64,000 nt of DNA from the IMG/VR virus record IMGVR_UViG_3300021376_000001; one strand, given 5' to 3'. The translations under genes and the position numbers were made by a program. The stretch comes from an uncultured virus (IMG/VR IMGVR_UViG_3300021376_000001) (taxonomy: Duplodnaviria; Heunggongvirae; Uroviricota; Caudoviricetes). Within the stretch, counting starts at the first letter, position 1. Every line of letters begins with the position of its first letter. The notes beneath the pieces were generated by a model that was not told the origin of the DNA, did not search any database, and saw only the letters and a list, made by a program, of their open reading frames with translations. Below, in pieces: positions 10,659 to 16,937 of this stretch.

Positions 10659-10964
10659 ATGCATTACATCTGCAACTACAACAGCAATGGCCCTTACTTC
10701 GGATCCACTCAGGCGATTTTTCAGGCCGCTCGCCTGAAGGAGCTCATCTTTCACGTCAGGCTATGCATGGAAGAGGGGGACTACCAGATAGGCGTATTTG
10801 ACGATGACGGGAAATGCAAAGGCATTTGGGTGGACGAGAGCGAGCCCGAGCCCGATGGCGAGGGCGACTGGCAGCTCCCTAAGCCCGCATATAGGCTCTA
10901 TCGCTTAGGAGAAATGAGCGATACCCTCTGGCGCCTACACCTCAGCAAATTTAAGAAACCATGA
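10659..10964 (+). CDS. hypothetical protein
   Basis: 101 aa ATG ORF. Confidence 0.6.
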   Translation: MHYICNYNSNGPYFGSTQAIFQAARLKELIFHVRLCMEEGDYQIGVFDDDGKCKGIWVDESEPEPDGEGDWQLPKPAYRLYRLGEMSDTLWRLHLSKFKKP

Positions 10965-11119
10965 TCCTCATTGATTTCTTCTCTAGTGCTGCCTGCAAAG
11001 GCACTGAATTGATTGAAGGCTGGTATTTTTATGACGATGCAGATGAACGTGTGATAGGAGGGCCATATGACGACGAACAAGCGGCCATCAAGGCCGCGTT
11101 TGATGGCCATGGCTGGTAA
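10961..11119 (+). CDS. hypothetical acidic protein (52 aa, not in ORF track)
   Basis: ATGA overlap; MILIDFFS...EGWYFYDDADERVIGGPYDDEQAAIKAA. Confidence 0.55.
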   Translation: MILIDFFSSAACKGTELIEGWYFYDDADERVIGGPYDDEQAAIKAAFDGHGW

Positions 11120-11125
11120 AAGCCA

Positions 11126-11257
11126 AAGGACTCAAGAGAATGCGGTAATATGCTTTCCAGCTAAAAGGCCCGGCTCAAGCCGGGCCGGGGACTCACCAGA
11201 AGCCGGTAATGGGGATTCACTGAAAAATGGTAAGGGGACTTACGAGATCGCGGTAAT
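11126..11257 (+). repeat. four 23-24 bp direct repeats, consensus GGGGACTCAC-N8-GGTAAT-like
   Basis: Units at 11126-11149, 11187-11210, 11211-11233 and 11234-11257; GC hairpin 11167-11186 between units 1 and 2. Confidence 0.75.
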
Positions 11258-11317
11258 ATAGAAGCGCTTGAAAAGGGCGTTTTCGGGCCTTGTTGCGACC
11301 CATTCTCAATAGCAAGC

Positions 11318-11433
11318 TAGTACAAATGTACTGTAGTACAAATGTACTACCTAGTACAAATGTTCGCTAGTACAAATGTACTACTCTGGGCTTATTGAGA
11401 ATGAGAATCATTATCAATAGTACAAATGTACCA
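11318..11433. promoter_or_regulatory. array of five cyanobacterial LexA (SOS) boxes
   Basis: TAGTACAAATGTACT(A/G) at 11318, 11334 and 11368; TAGTACAAATGTTCGC at 11352; TAGTACAAATGTACCA at 11418; all fit the cyanobacterial consensus RGTACNNNDGTWCB. Confidence 0.8.
11397..11415. promoter_or_regulatory. Fur box
   Basis: GAGAATGAGAATCATTATC is 17/19 to GATAATGATAATCATTATC; weaker Fur-like sites at 11293-11311 and 11446-11468. Confidence 0.7.
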
Positions 11434-11480
11434 TTCTGGGGCTAGTTGCAATTGATTCTCAATTGCAAGCCCTGGGGGCA

Positions 11481-11590
11481 AGTGTGAAGAGTTGTGACAA
11501 TCCGGCCGGGAGGCCGCTCCTCGGCCTTCTCCGTTGCTACTGTTGCGCAGAGGCGAGCGATCGTCTCTGTTCTGTGCTCTGTCTGCCATG
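11481..11590 (+). promoter_or_regulatory. promoter/5'UTR module, copy 1
   Basis: TGTGA-N5-TGTGAC, -10 TACTGT at 11538, hairpin 24-mer 11548-11571 identical to copy 2. Confidence 0.65.
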
Positions 11591-11953
11591 CTCGCGCCTT
11601 CTCTGCGCTCCCCTTCCTTCCCTCCTCTTGAGGAGCCCCTCGCCGCTCTCTCCTCTCTCCCATGGGAGCGGATCGCCTCCGAGGCTCTCGAGGCGCTCCT
11701 TTTCTCTCTGGCTCTCTGCCATGCTCTCGCCTCTCGCCTCTGGCAAGAGCGAGGCCGGCTCTCTCCCCTCCTTCGCTCTGTTGCTGCTCTCCTCGAGCGC
11801 CTCGCCGCTTCTCTGCCCGAGCCGCTCTCAGAGGCCTCCCCTCGCGCTCTGTTGATCGAGGCGCTCTCTCAAGCTGGCGAGAGCCCCTACTCCCTCGCGA
11901 AGGCCTCCCGCTCCGCTCTGCTCAAGCGAGCCTCTCGCCTCGGCCTCCTCTGA
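11588..11953 (+). CDS. hypothetical L/S/A-rich protein (island gene 1)
   Basis: ATG directly after promoter module 1; amphipathic helical pattern. Confidence 0.65.
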   Translation: MLAPSLRSPSFPPLEEPLAALSSLPWERIASEALEALLFSLALCHALASRLWQERGRLSPLLRSVAALLERLAASLPEPLSEASPRALLIEALSQAGESPYSLAKASRSALLKRASRLGLL

Positions 11954-12013
11954 GGCTATGATCCCCGGAAGGCCGCGAGGCCTCCCCTCCCCCTCCTCTC
12001 TGCTCTGCTGATC

Positions 12014-12244
12014 ATGCTGCGCTCTGCTCTGTTCGCTCTGGCTCTCCTGTCGGCTCCCGCTCTCGCCTCCCCCCTAGTGGTGGCTCCTTTTGAGCCTATG
12101 GTGCGCCTCGAGGCCTTCCCCCATCTCTCCCCCTCTCGCTTCTCGACCGTCTCCCATTGTCTCGCCGCTGCCGGCTCTGAGCTCTCGCTGATCACTGACG
12201 ACGAGCTCGAGACGGTCGAGGCCTGTCTCCTCGATCACACCTAA
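12014..12244 (+). CDS. hypothetical secreted-type protein (island gene 2)
   Basis: Signal-peptide-like MLRSALFALALLSAPALA; -10 TATGAT at 11957. Confidence 0.65.
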   Translation: MLRSALFALALLSAPALASPLVVAPFEPMVRLEAFPHLSPSRFSTVSHCLAAAGSELSLITDDELETVEACLLDHT

Positions 12245-12281
12245 GGAGCGCGAGCTCCTCTCCCCCTCTCTCTTTCCTCCC

Positions 12282-12545
12282 ATGGCGGCCTTCTCTTCTC
12301 TGTCTCTCTCTCAGCAGCTTGCCCACCTAGTCACTCAGTACGACATACGGCAAGCCCGGAGGCGTTACCACAACCCTCACGCTCTCGCTCTTTATCTCAA
12401 GGCCGCCGATCGAGCCGCTTCTCTGGTGGCAGACGGCTTGCCTCTCTCTGAGGCTCTGGCTCTCTGTTTTAATGATCGCCTTCTCGCTTCGCTGCAGCGT
12501 TCTCTCTCCCTCCTCTCCCATGGCTCAGCCTCTCTCTCCCCCTGA
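12282..12545 (+). CDS. hypothetical protein (island gene 3)
   Basis: Complex segment QYDIRQARRRYHNPHALALYL breaks the local bias, as expected for constrained coding sequence. Confidence 0.7.
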   Translation: MAAFSSLSLSQQLAHLVTQYDIRQARRRYHNPHALALYLKAADRAASLVADGLPLSEALALCFNDRLLASLQRSLSLLSHGSASLSP

Positions 12546-12837
12546 GCTTGCCGCTCTGCTCTCTGCAGTAGAGAGCGAAGGCCGCCAGCTCTCCCCCTCT
12601 GAGCTCGAGGCCGTGCTCGCGCTCCCTCCCCTTCGCCGTCTCTCTCCTGAGGAGAAGCGCCTCGAGACAATCGAGCGCCTTCTCCCTCGCCTCTCTGGTG
12701 AGGCCGAGGAGCGCCTCCTCCTTGAGAGGCGCTCCCTCCTTCGCCGTCTCCATAGCGTCCCGCTCTCAATCGAGCTCCCCCTCTCTGTTCGCTCTGCTGA
12801 TCTCTCCTCCTCCTCCTCCCATGCTCTCCCCCTCTGA
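12520..12837 (+). CDS. hypothetical protein (island gene 4)
   Basis: CCCATG start, E/R/L helical pattern, overlaps its neighbours. Confidence 0.6.
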   Translation: MAQPLSPPELAALLSAVESEGRQLSPSELEAVLALPPLRRLSPEEKRLETIERLLPRLSGEAEERLLLERRSLLRRLHSVPLSIELPLSVRSADLSSSSSHALPL

Positions 12838-13066
12838 GGCCTTCCTCTCCTCTGTCCCTTCGCTCGCTCGAGCCATGCTCCCGGCTCCTTCCTCCTCTCC
12901 CTCCTATGTGAGAGCTCTTCTCCTTGATCGAGCCGAGGAGCTCGGCCTCTCCCCCTGTGGCCTCCCCTTCGTGCTCGAGGAGCTCGCTCGATGGCTCCCC
13001 TCTGCCACAATCGAGGCCTTCCTCTCTGATCTCGAGGAGCTCCTCGCGGATTGTGAAGGATTGTGA
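12821..13066 (+). CDS. hypothetical acidic protein (island gene 5)
   Basis: CCCATG start; VLEELARWLPSATIEAFLSDLEELL. Confidence 0.6.
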   Translation: MLSPSEAFLSSVPSLARAMLPAPSSSPSYVRALLLDRAEELGLSPCGLPFVLEELARWLPSATIEAFLSDLEELLADCEGL

Positions 13067-13162
13067 CAATCCGAGGGGGAGGCTCTGGCCTCCCCCTTCT
13101 CTTCGCTTACCATTGCGCACAGAGGCGAGCGATCGTCTCTGTTGTTTGCTCTGTTGATCATG
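13050..13162 (+). promoter_or_regulatory. promoter/5'UTR module, copy 2
   Basis: TGTGA-N5-TGTGAC, -10 TACCAT at 13108, identical 24-mer at 13120-13143. Confidence 0.65.
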
Positions 13163-13390
13163 CTCCGCTCTGTTCGCGCCTTCGCTCCTACGTTCGCGCT
13201 CCTCTCGGGGACAGCGCTCTTCGGCCTCTGTTGCTTCACCTATGGGAAGGGAATCGTCTCGGCTCCCTCCCCCGAGGAGGCCGCTCCCTTCGCCGTCCCC
13301 TTCGTTCTCTGCGCTGCTGCTGCAGGTACCTCCCTGGCTATTGCAGGCGCTGCAGCTTGTGATGCTGCAGAGAAGCTCTCCCGCTCCTGA
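13160..13390 (+). CDS. small two-TM membrane protein (island gene 6)
   Basis: Two hydrophobic stretches; followed by a GC hairpin at about 13397-13422. Confidence 0.6.
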   Translation: MLRSVRAFAPTFALLSGTALFGLCCFTYGKGIVSAPSPEEAAPFAVPFVLCAAAAGTSLAIAGAAACDAAEKLSRS

Positions 13391-13458
13391 TCCCCTGGCC
13401 TCCCCTCTCAAAGGGGGAGGCCTTCTCTTTGTCTGCTCTCTCCTCTTCTCTGTTGATC

Positions 13459-14577
13459 ATGGCTCCCGCTCTCCTGGCTCCTCCTGCTCCTCTCAAGTTC
13501 TCCCGCTCTCCTCGTCTCCCTGAGGAGCTCCGCTCCTTCCTCGATCGCTTCTCTCTCTCCCTAGATAGCCTCCTCACTTATGGGAGCGCTAACGCGAAGC
13601 TGGCGAAGGGAAGCGGCCTCGCCTTCTCTGCGCTCCTGCATCTCCTCCCCTCGCGCTCCCTGGCTCGCGCTCTGTCCCCTTCTCTTCCTGGCTCTGTTGC
13701 CGTGAGGGGAGAGCTCCCCGGCCTTCGTGAGCTCGCCGATCGCGAAGGCCTCACGGCTCGCGCTCTCCTCTTTAATGCCTGCCCGTTCTCCACTGAGAGC
13801 TGCCGTGATCTCTGCCTCGCCTTCTCTGGCCATGGTGGGCTCTCTGTCTCTGTGGCCTCCTGCCGTGCTCGCCGCTCTCTCGCGCTCCTCGCCGATCGGG
13901 AGGCCTTCGCTCGCTGCCTCCTATGGGCGGCCGGCCTCTCCTACCGGAAGGCTCGCCGCCTCGGCCTCCCCTTCGCTCTGAGACTGAATGGCACTCAGGA
14001 GCTCCCGTGGACAGAGCTCTGGCTCGCCGCTCGCATCTCTTCAGAGGAGGCCGAGGCTCTCTCTTCTCTGTTTGGCTCTCCCGTCTCCCCCGGCTCTCGC
14101 ACTGTTCCCGAGGCTCTCGCCTCTGTCCCCTTCCTCTCTCTCTACGATTATGCGAAGGCGCCTCTGTTCGGCCGCTCTGGCCTCCTTGCTATGCGAGCGG
14201 CCGGCATCCATACCACGGCGTCCTTCGCCGCTGATCAGGAGAGAGCCTCCTCTCGCGCAATCGATGCGGCAGAGGCGGGCTTCTCTGTGGCCGTGCCGAT
14301 CCTCCTCCCTAAGGGAGAGCCTCTCCCTGCCTCGCTCCTTCTTCGCGATCAACACGGCAGAGAGGCGCTCCTGCAGTGCATCGATGGAGACGCTAACGAT
14401 CTCAGGATGCTCGATCCGTCTCCCGCTCTTGGCTTCTCCGGCCTCGCCGTTCTCCTTCGCCTCAAGCGCTCCCGAGGCGCCTCCCCTGCGAGCGCCTCTC
14501 GCTTCGCGCTTCCCCTTGGCTCTGGCTCCTGGCAGGCTCTGCCAGATGGCGGCTCCTTTGCCTTCTCTCGCATTTGA
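13459..14577 (+). CDS. gp88-like cysteine-cluster (radical-SAM-like) phage protein (island gene 7)
   Basis: NAKLAKG, CPFSTESCRDLCL, ALRLNGT..LPW, LYDYAK, IDGD.NDLR.LDP and LRLK motifs recalled from this phage family. Confidence 0.7.
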   Translation: MAPALLAPPAPLKFSRSPRLPEELRSFLDRFSLSLDSLLTYGSANAKLAKGSGLAFSALLHLLPSRSLARALSPSLPGSVAVRGELPGLRELADREGLTARALLFNACPFSTESCRDLCLAFSGHGGLSVSVASCRARRSLALLADREAFARCLLWAAGLSYRKARRLGLPFALRLNGTQELPWTELWLAARISSEEAEALSSLFGSPVSPGSRTVPEALASVPFLSLYDYAKAPLFGRSGLLAMRAAGIHTTASFAADQERASSRAIDAAEAGFSVAVPILLPKGEPLPASLLLRDQHGREALLQCIDGDANDLRMLDPSPALGFSGLAVLLRLKRSRGASPASASRFALPLGSGSWQALPDGGSFAFSRI

Positions 14578-14612
14578 GCCCCTCCCCCTCCCCCTCCCCC
14601 TCCTGCTCTGCC

Positions 14613-14852
14613 ATGGCCTCCCCCTCCTCTCGTCTCCCCCTCGCTCCCGTTCTCTCTGCCTCAGGCGCTCGCCTCGGCTCCGTCTCCTCTCTCCCCGATG
14701 GCTCCCCTGATCCTCTCCTCGCCTCTGTTCTCCTCTCCTATGTGGAGAGGCTCTCTAAGGAGGAGCGCTCTCGAGAGCTCGCTCGCGAGGCCTTCGCCAG
14801 AGGAGAGCGCCTCCCGGCCTCCTCTGTCTGGTGTATCTCCGACAGAGACTAA
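14613..14852 (+). CDS. hypothetical protein (island gene 8)
   Basis: GCCATG start; ends VWCISDRD. Confidence 0.55.
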   Translation: MASPSSRLPLAPVLSASGARLGSVSSLPDGSPDPLLASVLLSYVERLSKEERSRELAREAFARGERLPASSVWCISDRD

Positions 14853-14866
14853 GGAGAGCCCCTCCC

Positions 14867-15094
14867 ATGGCTCGCGCCTTCCTCCTCCCCTCTCGCTCCT
14901 CCCTCTCCCTCCTCCTCCTCTCTCGCTCCTCTCCTCCCCTTCCCTTCCTCTGTTCCTTCTCCTCTTGGCGATCCCGCGAGGCCGGATGGCTCGGCCTCCT
15001 CTCCCTTCGCCTCCCTGGCCTCTGGCTTCTCTGGCTCCGCTCTCTCCCCTCCCCTGAGAAGCTCTCCCGGCTCGGCCTCAGAGGCCTGCCATAG
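14867..15094 (+). CDS. hypothetical protein (island gene 9)
   Basis: CCCATG start after AAGGAG; most extreme compositional bias. Confidence 0.4.
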   Translation: MARAFLLPSRSSLSLLLLSRSSPPLPFLCSFSSWRSREAGWLGLLSLRLPGLWLLWLRSLPSPEKLSRLGLRGLP

Positions 15095-15231
15095 CCTCTC
15101 CTCGCCTCCTCTCAGCCCCTCCCGAGCCCCTCTCTCGAGCCCGCTTCCCTCCCTAGGTTGGCGGGCTCCTTTGTGCTCGCTTCTCTGTTTGCGTCTCGCT
15201 TTTCTCACGGTTAGGGGGAAAGCCGCCCAGT

Positions 15232-15253
15232 TTTTCCACAGGCCTGTGGAAAA
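15232..15253. promoter_or_regulatory. perfect 22-bp palindrome of two inverted DnaA boxes
   Basis: TTTTCCACA-GGCC-TGTGGAAAA; TTTTCCACA is the cyanobacterial DnaA box. Confidence 0.7.
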
Positions 15254-15323
15254 CTCTGTTTGTTGCGATTTCGTAACATTAAAACCCCTGATGGGGACTG
15301 GCTTTTGCTATAAACCGTGCTAA

Positions 15324-15363
15324 TAGTACAAATGTACCACAGCGCAGTAGTACGGGCGTACTA
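15324..15363. promoter_or_regulatory. two further LexA-type boxes
   Basis: TAGTACAAATGTACCA at 15324-15339 (identical to the box at 11418) and TAGTACGGGCGTACTA at 15348-15363. Confidence 0.75.
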
Positions 15364-15424
15364 GCCGCAAGGGGCGGGCATACCCCTCCGAAAAGTGGGG
15401 CCATTTTTCATCTAGTTTTTTCCT

Positions 15425-15943
15425 TTATGCATCAGTGCATAACTCTTGGCAGGTGAGCTGCATCTTCAATGCAGCGAGACGACGACCCATTTGAATGAGT
15501 TCTTGTTCAGTGGCATCACGCTTGATGGCATTGGCTCGATGAGAGACGATGATGACATTGCCTTTGACATAGCCCTTTGCATTGTCTATGCGATCAAGGG
15601 AGGGGCTATTGGGGAAGGGGCGATTAGTAATGCCAGTGCCATATTGAGAATGCCAACGGAATTCAATGTCAAGATAGGGACATGATGGGGTGAGGATGCT
15701 TTCTAAGTAGAGAGCATCAATATTGTGATCAAGGTTTTTCTTTTTAGCTCGTCTTTTCGCATCCGAGACCATTTGCGAAAGTTGAGTGGAGCGAGGATTG
15801 CGGCGTTTTGAGGCTGCTTTGGTGTTGTTATTACAGGAACCACATTGAGAGGAGAGGCCTGAGGGAGTTGAGGCATCTTTATGGAAGGAGGAAATGTGCT
15901 TGGTGGCTCCACATTTTGAGCATTGCTTAAAGGAAGAAGACAC
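15425..15943 (-). CDS. HNH-type endonuclease with N-terminal Zn ribbon
   Basis: CSKC...CGSC; SPSLDRIDNAKGYVKGNVIIVSHRANAIK. Confidence 0.8.
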   Translation of the reverse strand: MSSSFKQCSKCGATKHISSFHKDASTPSGLSSQCGSCNNNTKAASKRRNPRSTQLSQMVSDAKRRAKKKNLDHNIDALYLESILTPSCPYLDIEFRWHSQYGTGITNRPFPNSPSLDRIDNAKGYVKGNVIIVSHRANAIKRDATEQELIQMGRRLAALKMQLTCQELCTDA

Positions 15944-16582
15944 AAGAAGCGGAAAGCTGAACAGAGCATAGTCACAGTGTTTAGAAATGCAAGCTTGCTA
16001 TGGCGAATCAAGGCCCCAAAGGGCCGCAGATGAGCCATATGGCGAAGCTTCGTTCAGAGCTTTCCCTTCAGAATTTTCCAGCTTAAAGAGCGGCCTAAAG
16101 CCGCTCTTTCTTATTGCCAAAGTCAGTCCTTTTCTTTTGCATTGTTCTTTCAAAAAAGCGGCCCCCTAAGGGCCGCTTTATGAGAAAACTAGATTGTTTT
16201 TCTTGATTTTTATCTGTTCTGGCCGTTGCACATAGTTTCCCCCTGCATTGACCAGAGAACGGGAGCGTCGCCGCTTTGGGCGGCTCCTTGAACTGGAAGG
16301 ACATTTGCCAGTCCTAAGCTGGAACTTGCTGGATGTCAGGTTGTGCCAGAGGGGCTCGTCGCTTGAGGCTCCTCGCTGGGCTCTGGACATCCAGGGCATG
16401 CTGGCAGTTCTGGAAGGCGACGCGGGAATTGAATCGTATTCAGAACGGCCGTTGCACAATGCCTAGCATAACGTGACCTGTGGCTCCATTTGAGGCATTT
16501 CTGGTATAGCAGCGAGCATTTTGGCTAAATTTTCCATATTTTTTTAAAAATTCTTTATGAAAGCAAGGACAGCGCGAAGAAA

Positions 16583-16624
16583 GTAACAAGAACTACTTGC
16601 GCAAGTTGTTGCTATCTTTAGCGT
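16583..16624 (+). promoter_or_regulatory. putative NtcA-activated promoter
   Basis: GTA-N8-TAC (16583-16596), N22, then TAGCGT. Confidence 0.45.
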
Positions 16625-16650
16625 GAATGGATTCTTTTCGCATTGTCCTC

Positions 16651-16839
16651 ATGTTTGACAATCTTCCAGAGCCTTTCGTGGCAGGAACCATCAAACTATG
16701 GCCTGTGCATAGTCGTTCAGATATGAAATGGTTTATTGCTTATGAAGGACATCCATACTATTTCCGCACAAAAAATGAAGCCCTCCTTTTTGTTCGTGAC
16801 AGACAGTCCATCGAAGACGGCGACATGTTGTGCGATTAG
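16651..16839 (+). CDS. hypothetical protein
   Basis: ORF MFDNLPEPF...; alternative start at 16627. Confidence 0.55.
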   Translation: MFDNLPEPFVAGTIKLWPVHSRSDMKWFIAYEGHPYYFRTKNEALLFVRDRQSIEDGDMLCD

Positions 16840-16937
16840 GAAAAAAAAAGATTAAGGAGCCCTGAGCCGTAGCTAAGCTTGATGGCGTTGCAGAGCCGCC
16901 CTTAAGGGCGGCTCTTTCGTCTTCTTTCACATTGACA

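Larger units (their letters stand above)
11520..15205 (+). other. extreme C/T-rich, low-vocabulary coding island
   Basis: For example 14881-14940 has 58/60 pyrimidines and no A; one AAA seen in about 3.7 kb; contains tandem ATG ORFs. Confidence 0.95.

Noticed and set aside
11318..11433. CRISPR array
   Set aside because: Units are 16 bp, mostly with 0-2 nt between them, with no spacer series and no cas genes; an operator consensus explains them.
12392..13411. 339-aa and other R/E/G-rich minus-strand ORFs in the island
   Set aside because: Shadow ORFs: the purine-rich strand lacks stops, and promoters and start contexts all point to the + strand.
11520..15205. Microsatellite or eukaryotic contamination, or assembly artefact
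   Set aside because: There is no simple period, and it contains tandem ATG ORFs, a 372-aa protein with ordered motifs, duplicated promoters and matching motifs at both edges. Read support is still unchecked.
16010..16180. Cluster of GC hairpins as a possible ncRNA
   Set aside because: Short independent stems with A/T flanks look like terminators or intergenic palindromes, with no nested architecture.
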